This document shows positions 18,321 to 28,220 of a DNA stretch of 64,000 bases, piece by piece; the first letter of the stretch is position 1; every line of letters starts with the position of its first letter. Both the position numbers and the translations under genes were made by a program. The notes below the pieces were generated by a model that worked only from the letters and a program-made list of their open reading frames with translations, was not told the DNA's origin and made no database searches. Source of the DNA: a virus; IMG/VR virus record IMGVR_UViG_3300012271_000011, positions 6,933-70,932 of that record. One strand, given 5' to 3'.

Positions 18321-20069
18321 TTATCTATTTAAAATATAGACTTTATTCCCACAATCCCATATTCTATTATAGTTATTATATAACATATTTTCATATTCTG
18401 TCAAGTTATCATCATAATTTTCAAAAATATTTTTAAGCTTATGTTTTTGATATTTATTTCTACTTTCCAAATTAAGATTATTTTTCTTGAAATAAAAATA
18501 ATTTGGTTTACTAGTTTTTAAATACTCAAACCCATTACTTTCATACACATTACCATTAAAATAGCGCTTATCAGAATATGTTATAATATTTCCATTATAA
18601 TTATTTAGAAAATATTTCAACAACTTAGAAAAACCACCTATTACTTTAGTGTTTTTCTTACTAGCTGATCTTAATAATTCCCAATTATATCTTTTGTTAA
18701 ATCTTGGCTTACCAAAAGTTACTACAGATACTAAAATACCATTATAATATAATCCATATTGCAACGAAGAGCCTATATCTCCTTGTAAATGATTAGCATT
18801 AAGGAATTCCCTTCTCTCTTTAATACTAACAGGTTTGATAACAGTTTTTCTAGCATAAATTACTTCATTATATATATTCAGCCTAGAAAGAAGTATGCTA
18901 CTCACTATATCTTTTTTATTAATCCATTCATTCTCAAATACATGTATTAAATCATATCCCTTTTCTTTAGCTAATTTTTGCTTATTTAAATGGTAATTTT
19001 TATGTTTTCCATTTATTTCACTATGCCAATATAAACCATTAAACTCAATAGCTATTTTTCTTTCTGGTATAAGTATATCAATTTCGTATGGCTTTATTAT
19101 TTTTCTGTTATGAGATTCTACATAAATATATTGACTTATGAAATCTCTCAACTCAACTTCCGAAACAGACTCGTTAGTTGGAAAACATTTTTGACATCTT
19201 GGTATTTTACCAGCGTAAATATTATCATAAAAAATATTATTACATTTTTTACACTTCCATTTATAGTCTATTACACTTCCTTTTTCCTTAACTCCATAAT
19301 ATTCATTAATATCAAATAAAGGCTCCACAAGATTGTCAAAAGAAAAAACCTTTAAATTTTTAAAAAACCTTTCTTTTGATTTATTATGATTTCCTTTGAG
19401 AAAAATGCTACTTTGAAAATAATACTCAACACCATATTTTTCCAAGTTTGTTTGTTTTATTTTTTCTTTAACATCTTTACTCTGCCCTGGATACTCAACA
19501 CCATATTTTTCCAAGTTTGTTTGTTTTATTTTTTCTTTAATTTGCTTTGACCCAAAGGGATTTTCAACACCATACTTTTTTAAATTTGTTTGTTTTGCCT
19601 TTTCTTTAACTGATTCTAATTTTCTAGGACTGTCAACACCATATTTTTCTATATTGTTGTTTTTTCTTTTTTCCAAAATCTCTTTACTTTGTGTTGAAGT
19701 TTCAACACCATACTTTTCTAAATTTGTTTGTTTTGCCTTTTCCTTAACTGATTCTAAAGAAGAAGGGCTTGAGACTCCATACTTATATATATTGTTGTTT
19801 TTTCTTTTTTCCAAAATCTCTTTACTTTGTGTTGAAACTTCAACACCATACTTTTCTAAATTCGTTTGCTTCCTTTGACAAACCCCACAAACAAGGTTAT
19901 TATTTTTTAAATTTCCTTTGCGTTTACTTGCCTCTTTACCACAAATATCACATATAAAAGTAATATTGTATGTTTTTGGAACTAACTCCAAATTAAATAA
20001 GCCATCTTCTATAAACAGACTTATATTTACTTCTTTTTTGTCTAGTGTTGATATTTTTACTATATTCAT
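18321..20069 (-). CDS. Free-standing putative homing endonuclease with TNLEKYGV repeats and PD-(D/E)xK domain
   Basis: Zn motifs, about 7 KYGV repeats, EIDILIP..IAIEFNGLYWH, C-terminal RIWDCG; start ATG 20069 or GTG 20087. Confidence 0.75.
   Translation of the reverse strand: MNIVKISTLDKKEVNISLFIEDGLFNLELVPKTYNITFICDICGKEASKRKGNLKNNNLVCGVCQRKQTNLEKYGVEVSTQSKEILEKRKNNNIYKYGVSSPSSLESVKEKAKQTNLEKYGVETSTQSKEILEKRKNNNIEKYGVDSPRKLESVKEKAKQTNLKKYGVENPFGSKQIKEKIKQTNLEKYGVEYPGQSKDVKEKIKQTNLEKYGVEYYFQSSIFLKGNHNKSKERFFKNLKVFSFDNLVEPLFDINEYYGVKEKGSVIDYKWKCKKCNNIFYDNIYAGKIPRCQKCFPTNESVSEVELRDFISQYIYVESHNRKIIKPYEIDILIPERKIAIEFNGLYWHSEINGKHKNYHLNKQKLAKEKGYDLIHVFENEWINKKDIVSSILLSRLNIYNEVIYARKTVIKPVSIKERREFLNANHLQGDIGSSLQYGLYYNGILVSVVTFGKPRFNKRYNWELLRSASKKNTKVIGGFSKLLKYFLNNYNGNIITYSDKRYFNGNVYESNGFEYLKTSKPNYFYFKKNNLNLESRNKYQKHKLKNIFENYDDNLTEYENMLYNNYNRIWDCGNKVYILNR
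19420..19870. repeat. Coding repeats (KQTNLEKYGV units)
   Basis: Repeated tcaacaccatatttttccaagtttgtttg blocks. Confidence 0.85.
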
Positions 20070-20082
20070 AATGTTACTTTTA

Positions 20083-20143
20083 CACAAAACCCCTACTTTC
20101 TAAATGGCTATGTAAATGAAGTTGAACAAACATTTTTTCTCCT
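20083..20143 (-). repeat. Duplicate of the dnaE RBS and first 14 codons
   Basis: Encodes MFVQLHLHSHLESRGFV* versus dnaE MFAQLHLHSHLGSR; nucleotide match to about 18266-18318. Confidence 0.85.
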
Positions 20144-20217
20144 CTTATAATGTTCTATTTTAAGAATACCATATACCTTCTTTTTTGTCAACGGTAATGT
20201 AAAGTTAAAGTAAAATA

Positions 20218-21642
20218 ATGACTGGAGTAAATATGAAATCTTTAAGAAAATATCTTCAAGAACAATCTATAGATTATAATCTACAAAATATACAATCTAT
20301 TGTCAAGCAAAATACTGCTTCCGCAAAAAGTCTTTTAAATTCTTTATCAAAAGAAGAGCTTAATGACTTTATTGAACAAATAAACAAAACTGAAAACTAT
20401 AAGCAGTTTCTTGATAGTAAAAAAGATAGGGACTTAGCTGTAGCAACTTATATTGTAAAAGAAAAAGACCCTGATTTTGCTGAAAAAATAGGGCTAAGCA
20501 TTGAAAATCCTGAAACTTTTAATAAAACTATTAAAGATGATATTATTTCTCCTACAAGAAAAAGAGCTAATGAACAAGAAATTAACTCTCCTAAAGTCAA
20601 ATCCAATACAGGTGAAGAAGCAGATACTGAAGCAGAAGAAGATGATGAAAAAGGCTCTAAAACAAAAGAAGATGGTGCTGATGATGAAAAAGGCTCTAAA
20701 ACAAAAGAAGATGATGCTGATGTAAGAGAGCCTGAAGCAGAAGAAAATGGTGCTGATGATGAAAAAGGCTCTAAAACAAAAGAAGAAAGAAAGGCTCGTA
20801 TTGAAAAAGGCGTAAAGCGTGATGTTGAAAAAGGCGCTGAGTCTAGTAAAAACTATAACTATAAAAAAACTATTGATAAACTTAAAGAAACCCAAGAAGA
20901 AGCATTATCTAAATTAGGAGATTTAGAGAAAAATGCTGAAAACAAGAAAGATGTAAATAAACAAAAATCAGTAGTTCAAAGTAAGGTAGATAAGCTTATT
21001 AAAAGAGTTCAAAAAGCAGAAGAAGGTCTTATTACTAACCCAGAGCTTAAAGCAAAACAAGCACTTACTGAACTTGAAACTGTAACTAAAAATGCTGTAT
21101 TAAAAGCACAAAGAGCACAACTATCAGGTAAAGTTGGCAGAACAGCAAAAAAGATTGAAGGAATAGCTGGAAGAGCTAAGAGAGGAGTTAAAGGAGCTTC
21201 TGAAAAAATAAAGGGTAGTGCTACTTATAAACAAACTAAAGAAGTTGGAAGAGTTGCTGGTAAAAAAATTAAGGATGTTCAACAACAAGTTCAAAGTAAC
21301 GCTCGTGCTAATTTTATAGCTAAACAACTTAATTATGGAGATGCTCGTAAATGGATTACAGCAACTGATAATAAAACTAAAGAAGAGATTTATCAAAAAG
21401 CTTTAAAGAAAAGTAGAGACACAAGACAGAAAAAGTCTGCTGTAGCTGGTTCTAGATCTAAAGGTAATACAGTTAAGATGGCTGGACAACAACAGAAGAA
21501 AAGCTCAATTCCAAACCAAAAGAAAACACAAAGAGCTCAACAAAGAGCCATTGATGCTATGAATCAAAGAAAGCGAGATGAGATTATGCCTAAAATCGAC
21601 TCACCAACAGCTTCAGGATCTCCTATAAAGAAAACTAGCTAA
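20218..21642 (+). CDS. Putative internal head protein (K/E-rich, repeats)
   Basis: Late motif 20199-20208; MKSLRKYLQE leader; DDEKGSKTKE x3. Confidence 0.55.
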   Translation: MTGVNMKSLRKYLQEQSIDYNLQNIQSIVKQNTASAKSLLNSLSKEELNDFIEQINKTENYKQFLDSKKDRDLAVATYIVKEKDPDFAEKIGLSIENPETFNKTIKDDIISPTRKRANEQEINSPKVKSNTGEEADTEAEEDDEKGSKTKEDGADDEKGSKTKEDDADVREPEAEENGADDEKGSKTKEERKARIEKGVKRDVEKGAESSKNYNYKKTIDKLKETQEEALSKLGDLEKNAENKKDVNKQKSVVQSKVDKLIKRVQKAEEGLITNPELKAKQALTELETVTKNAVLKAQRAQLSGKVGRTAKKIEGIAGRAKRGVKGASEKIKGSATYKQTKEVGRVAGKKIKDVQQQVQSNARANFIAKQLNYGDARKWITATDNKTKEEIYQKALKKSRDTRQKKSAVAGSRSKGNTVKMAGQQQKKSSIPNQKKTQRAQQRAIDAMNQRKRDEIMPKIDSPTASGSPIKKTS

Positions 21643-21971
21643 CCCTCATCGGGTAGCCAGCTCATATCTTCATCTATTTCCATCATACCAATAATGGTAT
21701 CTAAATCTAAATAACTAGAACCATTAGTTAAAATACCCGCCATTGTATATTTTGTATATACCTCATCTATTAATTTTTGGTCTTCATATCGTATAGCCCT
21801 TTTATATTTTAACCATATACCTCTCATGGTATAAAAATAACTACTTACAAATACCTCACTCCCTCCATCTAAAAATATTATTCCTTTACTACCTTCATCT
21901 ATTTCTCTATCGTTTGCTTGTTTTATTATTTCTTTTATAACTTGTTGAATTTCACTGTTGTTTTCACTCAT
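21639..21971 (-). CDS. Hypothetical protein
   Basis: Likely start MSENNS overlapping the end of the gp46-like gene. Confidence 0.55.
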   Translation of the reverse strand: MSENNSEIQQVIKEIIKQANDREIDEGSKGIIFLDGGSEVFVSSYFYTMRGIWLKYKRAIRYEDQKLIDEVYTKYTMAGILTNGSSYLDLDTIIGMMEIDEDMSWLPDEG

Positions 21972-24114
21972 ATGCCAACCTACTAAAGCCATCTTCCTTG
22001 TAAACTCTTATTTTATTATTAAAGCTTTCTTTATATTCTCCTCTATGAGATATAACCATAATTGAATTTGATTTTGACTTTTCCTGGATAATATTAAGTA
22101 TAGCATTTATACCATTCTCATCCAAGTTCCTATCAAGTATTTCATCAAATACAAGAAATCTCATATCAGAAGAAAAGAAATTTTTAACTAACATATAAAG
22201 AGAAAATGCTATTGCTACATCAAGTAGTGTTTTCTCTCCAGAAGAAAAAGATTGAAAACTAATCTCTTCTTTATCCTCTATTATAGATTCTTTTAAGTTC
22301 TTATCAAAATTAACATTGATAGGTCTATCAAAAAACAATGGAATATACTTGTTAATATTTGCATTAAATAAATCAATCATTTTAGATATAACATATTTCT
22401 TTATACCATAATCTTTATTAGAAAACATCTTTAAGAGGTAATCATAATAATAAATTTCATTGCCTTTGTCTTCTAAGGTTTTATTTTCTTTTTCTCCTCT
22501 CTTCTCTAATGTCTTTATCTTCTTTGCAAGTTTTTCTATATACTCTTTATCATATGTATTCTTTGCCTTTTCACTTATTGTTGAAAGCTCTTTATTTACC
22601 TCTTCTTTTCTATTTTTATTATTTTCAACAATAGAAGATATATTATCTAGAAAATCTTCAGAGTATTTACTTGGTATATTCTCTTCAAGAAACTCTGCCT
22701 TCTTTTCTTTTATTCTTTTATCAAGATCTTCTATTGCCTCGTTAAGAAAAATAACTTCTTTACTCAAACCAGCTTCTTTTACTCTAAGTTCGGATAATGA
22801 GGATTTATGTTCTTCAAGTTCTTCTTTTGTATAATCTGATTTTACATTATACATATTAGTTTTTAAATCTTCTATCCTAGTATCAAGATCATTATTCTTA
22901 TTATTTATTCTCTCTTTTTCTTTTTCAAGTTCTTCTTTCTTTTTAAACTTATCTGTAATTTTAGATTCTAAATCATCATGTATTTTAGTCTTAGCTTCAT
23001 CATTAAGTGATTGTCCACAAGTATAACAAACCTTATCAGAAGTAGTTTCCATTGCACTTCTAAAAGACTCTATTTCTTTATTAATACTTGTTATTTGACT
23101 TATTACAGATTGAATATCCTCTCTTTGTTGATATAAAGAATCTATCTTATCTTGAGCTTTTTCATCTTCGTTTGATTTCTTTATTTTCTCTATTTCTGCA
23201 TCAAAATCTACTTTCTCTATTCCCTTTATTTTCTCTTTTGCTCTATTATATTCAGTATTCTTATTAGAGAATAAATCATCCTTTTCTTTCTTTTGTTGTT
23301 CAAGAGTATTGATTGATTCTTTAATAGAATTATTATATTCCTTCACTTTATTATGTTCAGTAATAAGCTCTTTTTCTTTTTCAATATCAATATCTTTATA
23401 TTCTTTAATTTCTTTTTTTAATTTTATTTGCTCTTCTTCAAGCTTAGCTTTTTTCTCTTTTAGTCCCTCAAGAATATTTTTTGCGTTTTGCTTATATTCA
23501 TTAATGTTTTCTTGAATGGTATTAACACCGTATTCAATTTTTCCGATCTCTTCTTTTACATGTTGATATTCTTCTTCTATAGGTTTCTTTAATTTTTTAG
23601 TAGCATCAGCCCATTTTCTAAATTGCTTTAAGTCTAAAACACTTTCAATAATATCAAGCCTTCTACCTTCAGAGACTCTAAGGAATGATGTATAAATTTC
23701 ACTTGAAAACATAACTGAATTAATCATTGCTTTATGGTTAATTCCAACAATTTCATCAATAAGAGCTTGGGCATCTTTCTTCTTATTTGGTGAAATATTC
23801 TTGTGGTTTTTAAAAATAAGAAGATTATCTTTATTCACATCATGATTGCGATAACGAATAACAGAATAAATATCTTCTTTTATAAAAAAATCAAACTCTA
23901 CCTTACAATTCTTTTTTATTTTTCTATTGATAACTTCATCTTGATTTACAAGAGATTGTCCATACAAACACCAAATAATAGCATCTACAAAAGTAGTCTT
24001 TCCTGCGCCTATGTTTCCATAGATGAGTTTTACACTATTTCCACTCAAATCAAGAGTTGTTTGTTCATCACCATATGATTTATAGTTTTTTATTGATACA
24101 CTAGCTGGATTCAT
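21964..24114 (-). CDS. SbcC/Rad50-like ATPase (T4 gp46-like)
   Basis: GNIGAGKTT, CYTCGQ zinc hook, FSSGEK, FDEILD, VISH. Confidence 0.92.
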   Translation of the reverse strand: MNPASVSIKNYKSYGDEQTTLDLSGNSVKLIYGNIGAGKTTFVDAIIWCLYGQSLVNQDEVINRKIKKNCKVEFDFFIKEDIYSVIRYRNHDVNKDNLLIFKNHKNISPNKKKDAQALIDEIVGINHKAMINSVMFSSEIYTSFLRVSEGRRLDIIESVLDLKQFRKWADATKKLKKPIEEEYQHVKEEIGKIEYGVNTIQENINEYKQNAKNILEGLKEKKAKLEEEQIKLKKEIKEYKDIDIEKEKELITEHNKVKEYNNSIKESINTLEQQKKEKDDLFSNKNTEYNRAKEKIKGIEKVDFDAEIEKIKKSNEDEKAQDKIDSLYQQREDIQSVISQITSINKEIESFRSAMETTSDKVCYTCGQSLNDEAKTKIHDDLESKITDKFKKKEELEKEKERINNKNNDLDTRIEDLKTNMYNVKSDYTKEELEEHKSSLSELRVKEAGLSKEVIFLNEAIEDLDKRIKEKKAEFLEENIPSKYSEDFLDNISSIVENNKNRKEEVNKELSTISEKAKNTYDKEYIEKLAKKIKTLEKRGEKENKTLEDKGNEIYYYDYLLKMFSNKDYGIKKYVISKMIDLFNANINKYIPLFFDRPINVNFDKNLKESIIEDKEEISFQSFSSGEKTLLDVAIAFSLYMLVKNFFSSDMRFLVFDEILDRNLDENGINAILNIIQEKSKSNSIMVISHRGEYKESFNNKIRVYKEDGFSRLAYE

Positions 24115-24195
24115 AATTTTCTAGGCACAGGAAATCACGAAGCTTACTTCGTGGAGAAATATGCCCTTCTCCTTTCTATTAGAATTGTAATTTTT
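24115..24195 (-). mobile_element. IscB 3'-end scar
   Basis: ccacgaagtaagcttcgtgatttcctgtgcctagaaaatt|ATGA, homologous to 2058-2135. Confidence 0.8.
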
Positions 24196-24196
24196 A

Positions 24197-25165
24197 TCAT
24201 GCTTTCTCTAATACTTTATCAAATACTGAAAGTAATTTTTCAGTATTTATATCCTCTATAGAAGAAATAAATTCTTTTGTTATTTCCTCTAAATCATCAC
24301 TATGAGTTACATTCTCAATTTGAAAATCTTCCTCTTCTTTTAAGAATATGGGAATAATATCAATAGCACCATATTCATATAACACATATTTTAGCTTTGC
24401 AAAATCTTGTATTTTCTCATCTATATATACTACTACAAAATTTCCCTTTATATCAAGTGATTTCAAATATTTTATATCTTTAGAATATATTTCTACAAAC
24501 TTTGGTGCTTCATCATATTCAACAAACTCCCATTTCTCAGCTTTTGTGTCTAAGGTAATAAAACCTTTTTGCTGATTTATTTCACCACGAGATAATTGAT
24601 TAGGAGAGCCTATATAGATTACATTTTTAATATGCTGATGCCGATGAAAATGTCCAGTAAAAACATGGTCAAATTCTTCAAACTTTTCAAATGGAAATGC
24701 GTGTTTTTCTGTAACATGAAAAGCATTGTCAAAACTAAAGTTTGCTATTGAAACATGAGTAAACAAATAACTACCATTTTTTGGTATTTTACTTTCGTCT
24801 TTAGTGTATGGTAAAAAATCAAACACCTCATCATTAAATTCTAACTGGGTATATTCTTTTATCACCTCACCAATAGGAGAAAAAGTATCCACTATAGTAT
24901 CATAGTCAATATTATATACATCATGATTGCCTACTAAAAAGATAAACTTTATTCCATTATTCTTCATATGTAATAGTTTCATAAACAATGGTACAAAAGC
25001 ATCATTTCTAATGTTTGAGCTTTTATGAAAAATATCTCCTAATACAAAAATATAATCCATATCATTTTCATGATAGTATTGTTCTAAATAATCCAAATAA
25101 TCAACTATTAATTGAGACTGTAATCCTTTCTTTGTATGCCAATCAGATGTAAGTAATATTTTCAA
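24197..25165 (-). CDS. SbcD/Mre11-like nuclease (T4 gp47-like)
   Basis: SDWH, LGDIFH, GNHD, GHFH, YIGSP. Confidence 0.92.
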   Translation of the reverse strand: MKILLTSDWHTKKGLQSQLIVDYLDYLEQYYHENDMDYIFVLGDIFHKSSNIRNDAFVPLFMKLLHMKNNGIKFIFLVGNHDVYNIDYDTIVDTFSPIGEVIKEYTQLEFNDEVFDFLPYTKDESKIPKNGSYLFTHVSIANFSFDNAFHVTEKHAFPFEKFEEFDHVFTGHFHRHQHIKNVIYIGSPNQLSRGEINQQKGFITLDTKAEKWEFVEYDEAPKFVEIYSKDIKYLKSLDIKGNFVVVYIDEKIQDFAKLKYVLYEYGAIDIIPIFLKEEEDFQIENVTHSDDLEEITKEFISSIEDINTEKLLSVFDKVLEKA

Positions 25166-25194
25166 AATATAGACTCTCCTTTTCTTTTAACATA

Positions 25195-25252
25195 TTTTCT
25201 GGCAAGAAGTCCCCTTCCTCAAAGCCGATAGGCTTAGGTGGGGGTTATTGAC
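25195..25252 (+). repeat. IS605-type end hairpin scar
   Basis: ttctggcaagaagtccccttcc...ttaggtgggggttattgac; related to 28761-28806 in inverse orientation. Confidence 0.7.
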
Positions 25253-26388
25253 ATAAATAGTATTTTTATAATAACACCAGATAATAATCCAAAAAATGGA
25301 TTGAATCTAGCACTTACTAATACTGTAGCTCCTATTATCATTCCCCAAGGGGTGAAACCAAATGGGCCACCGGCAACTTCGGGTATTGTAACTATTGCAT
25401 TAAAAATATTTGTAGAGAATGTTACAAATACACCAAGCACAAAAAGGAAACCAGCAATAGTTGATTTATGAACAAATTTTCCTATTTTAGGTAGGAATTT
25501 TAAAAGTAATATTACTGCCATTATACCCATCATAATAACAGATGCTAAAACAGGATGGGGTGCAGTTGCAGTTCCAGATATAATAGCTTCTACTGGACCA
25601 CCTCCAAATAATGAAGAACCAATATCAGCAAGACTGGAATAAATTGCTAAATGGTCAATATTAGTATTAACACCTGCAATGCTACCAGTTATTTTTCCAA
25701 AAGAAATATTAGCACCAATGTTAAGACAAGCTATAGATAAAGCACCAATTAGAACTCTTTTATTTTCCCAAAATCTCCAAATAATATTACCAAATTGAAA
25801 TTTTTCATTTGCGAGAAGAATGTTTTCTTCTTCTATTTTATAAGAAAATTTTTCTTTTAGCAAATTTTTAATATAACTAATTTTAAGTATGTTAAAAATA
25901 GCAATAGATACAAAAATAGAAATTATTATTGTATTTGCTAAATCTTTAGTAATAAACCATACTATTAAAGCAGTTATCATTGAAGAGGAACCTACTATCT
26001 TTTCTGATTGCCATAAATTTATAGCTACATAAGCAAGCATGATTCCAACTCCAGCCATCATACTAAAAACAATAATAGGACCAATCCAATCTATAATAGC
26101 TTCATTTAAACCTAATATAGATGGTATCAAAAGAAATATAGCACCCCAAAAAATAAGACTAAGCCTTTCTTTTATGTTGCTACCCATTGTTCCTGCAAGT
26201 GTAATAGTTTCAGCTTGAAAGGATATTGTTGCCACAGAATTAAATGCCAACGCCCCTCCCATACCTATCACAAAAGCAATTGCAGTCGGTAAAGCAGCAA
26301 AACCATAAGTTAAAGCTAATAAACCTTGAGGAATACCATTTAATACTACTGCAAGTGCAGCTAGTATATCGGTAAGTAAACCTTCCAT
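25234..26388 (-). CDS. NCS2-like nucleobase permease
   Basis: Many TM segments; SFQAETI, GGGPVEAIISGTA; adjacent to a PRTase. Confidence 0.8.
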   Translation of the reverse strand: MEGLLTDILAALAVVLNGIPQGLLALTYGFAALPTAIAFVIGMGGALAFNSVATISFQAETITLAGTMGSNIKERLSLIFWGAIFLLIPSILGLNEAIIDWIGPIIVFSMMAGVGIMLAYVAINLWQSEKIVGSSSMITALIVWFITKDLANTIIISIFVSIAIFNILKISYIKNLLKEKFSYKIEEENILLANEKFQFGNIIWRFWENKRVLIGALSIACLNIGANISFGKITGSIAGVNTNIDHLAIYSSLADIGSSLFGGGPVEAIISGTATAPHPVLASVIMMGIMAVILLLKFLPKIGKFVHKSTIAGFLFVLGVFVTFSTNIFNAIVTIPEVAGGPFGFTPWGMIIGATVLVSARFNPFFGLLSGVIIKILFMSITPT

Positions 26389-26408
26389 ACATTACTCCTT
26401 AAAAAATT

Positions 26409-26942
26409 TTATTTATACCATAAAGGTAATTTTTCTATATAAAATAAATCATCAAATTGTTTATCCCCTTCTAATAATATAGCTCCTTTCCATACTATAA
26501 TGCTTCCAACTTCATTTAGTAAATCTTCTACAGTTTCTAAAGAACCTCCTGTAGAAACTACATCGTCTATTATAGCTATTCTTTTTCCTTTTATCCTTTC
26601 AGTATCTTTTCCATCTATAATAAGATGTTGATTCTCTATTGTAGTAATAGATTTGACTTCTTTACTTATAGGGTTATTCATATATCCTTTTATGGATTTT
26701 CTTAATACTATATAATCAACTTTTTTTCTTGCAGCTATTGCATGAGCTAAGGGAATTGATTTAGCTTCTGGGCATACTATATAATCAACATCTGGTATTT
26801 CTTTAGCCATAAGAGAAGCTGTTTTTTCTATTAACTCGGTATCACCTAATATAACAAAACTTGCAATAGTTAAGTTATCATTAATTTTTATTTTAGGCAA
26901 GTCTCTTTCAAGACCTGCTACTCTTAATTTATATATATTCAT
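26409..26942 (-). CDS. Purine (adenine/xanthine-type) phosphoribosyltransferase
   Basis: PEAKSI, LRKS, IIDDVVSTGGS PRPP-binding motif. Confidence 0.88.
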   Translation of the reverse strand: MNIYKLRVAGLERDLPKIKINDNLTIASFVILGDTELIEKTASLMAKEIPDVDYIVCPEAKSIPLAHAIAARKKVDYIVLRKSIKGYMNNPISKEVKSITTIENQHLIIDGKDTERIKGKRIAIIDDVVSTGGSLETVEDLLNEVGSIIVWKGAILLEGDKQFDDLFYIEKLPLWYK

Positions 26943-27032
26943 TTATTTTTAATCCTTTGGCATTATATTAATGGTCAGCTCTTGCAGATGGTATTCCATC
27001 AATCTCATAGTATAAGAAAGTATAGCATTTTA

Positions 27033-27230
27033 TTATTTCTTCTTTTTTTTCACTACCCATTGAAAGTTGTCTATTCCTATTGAGTAATTTTTCTCAAAAT
27101 CTTCTCTTGAAAAAATAAACCTTACACCATTACTTAATATTATTTCTATTTTTTTGTCAAGATTCTTAAAATTAACATCAAATATACCTTTTTTACTTGC
27201 TTGCTTATATACTTGTTCATAATGAAACAT
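27033..27230 (-). CDS. Hypothetical protein
   Basis: 65-aa ORF on the operon strand. Confidence 0.5.
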   Translation of the reverse strand: MFHYEQVYKQASKKGIFDVNFKNLDKKIEIILSNGVRFIFSREDFEKNYSIGIDNFQWVVKKKKK

Positions 27231-27250
27231 TATTTACTCTTTTATTTATA

Positions 27251-27294
27251 AACTGTGCGTAAAACCCGTACCCTTTAAGGATAGAGGTGTTCAC
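27251..27294 (+). repeat. IS605-type mini scar (TTATA|..CTGTGCGTAAAAC..TTCAC family)
   Basis: Matches 37963-38002 (inverse) and 46024-46072. Confidence 0.7.
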
Positions 27295-27807
27295 CTAACT
27301 CTCCTCAAAATAAATAAGACCAATTGGAACTATATCAAACAAATTATATTCTTTTATTAAATTCATATATACTTTATCTGACTTTCTCATGATCTGATTT
27401 TTTTGTAAAGGTCTTAAGTTCTTTAAGTTCCAACATTTTTTAAATTCACCATATGTAGAAAAGCTGTATGCTCTTACTGGTATAATTTTATCAAGCCACC
27501 AATATGAACCATAATTATTCCAATTCATATTTTCATCAAATTGTTTTTCTAAATGATGCTGCAATTCACTTAATGTAAAACCAACGAGTTTTTCCCATCT
27601 TCTACCATGCTTATTTTTTTTAAGAGATATATAAATTGAATGCTTAAGATTTCTATCAAACCTTTTCCTCTCTTTAGTTAAATGAATTCTTTTTGAATTG
27701 CTTCTACACTTCTTACATATATTTTTATATCCATCTTTATTTTTTGAGTCTTTATGGAAATACTTTAGATCCAATACCCCCTTGCATTTTCTACATTGTT
27801 TGTTCAT
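27295..27807 (-). CDS. HNH-like endonuclease, possibly degenerate
   Basis: CRKC...CKKC; LEKQFDENMNWNNYG..WWLDKIIP..NLRPL, with DHIIP changed to DKIIP. Confidence 0.65.
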   Translation of the reverse strand: MNKQCRKCKGVLDLKYFHKDSKNKDGYKNICKKCRSNSKRIHLTKERKRFDRNLKHSIYISLKKNKHGRRWEKLVGFTLSELQHHLEKQFDENMNWNNYGSYWWLDKIIPVRAYSFSTYGEFKKCWNLKNLRPLQKNQIMRKSDKVYMNLIKEYNLFDIVPIGLIYFEES

Positions 27808-27854
27808 AAGCGCTTAACAGGAAACCACTATGCGTTTAGGTGGGGGTTATTAAC
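27808..27854 (-). mobile_element. 47-bp collapsed IscB-type element with both ends fused
   Basis: gttaataacccccacctaaacgcatagtggtttcctgttaagcgctt|ATGA. Confidence 0.7.
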
Positions 27855-28115
27855 AACATCATCATAGAATTGATTAAAATATATTGACAACTCTGTTAAT
27901 TCTTCTTGACTTGCTCTATAAAAAATAGCCTCCATCTCTCTCATCACTCCATTAAAATCTTCTTTTAAATCCTTAAAGGTAACTACTGTAGCTTCGTTTA
28001 CAGTATAATAAATTTCACAAAGTTGTCTATCTTTTTCTTTAAATTCATTTGTTGCCCAAAACATATACCACGAACTGTTTAGCCATCTTGAATATGACAC
28101 TTGCTTACTCCTCAA
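27828..28115 (-). CDS. Hypothetical protein
   Basis: SYSRW..S.WY phage motif; start uncertain; C-terminus from the IS scar. Confidence 0.55.
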   Translation of the reverse strand: MRSKQVSYSRWLNSSWYMFWATNEFKEKDRQLCEIYYTVNEATVVTFKDLKEDFNGVMREMEAIFYRASQEELTELSIYFNQFYDDVVNNPHLNA

Positions 28116-28220
28116 AATATTTTATTTACCGACAAATTTCCGTATGTCTTATATATGAGTTATTAAACTTATTAATAATAATATAAAGTTAATATAAATT
28201 GTAAATAAGGAGAAAACAAT

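Noticed and set aside
20494-20895. Hydrophobic repeat ORF and the other short overlapping ORFs in the track
   Set aside because: Antisense or alternate-frame shadows of K/E-rich genes with no RBS
26943-27030. Purine or PRPP riboswitch before the PRTase
   Set aside because: No aptamer consensus recognised
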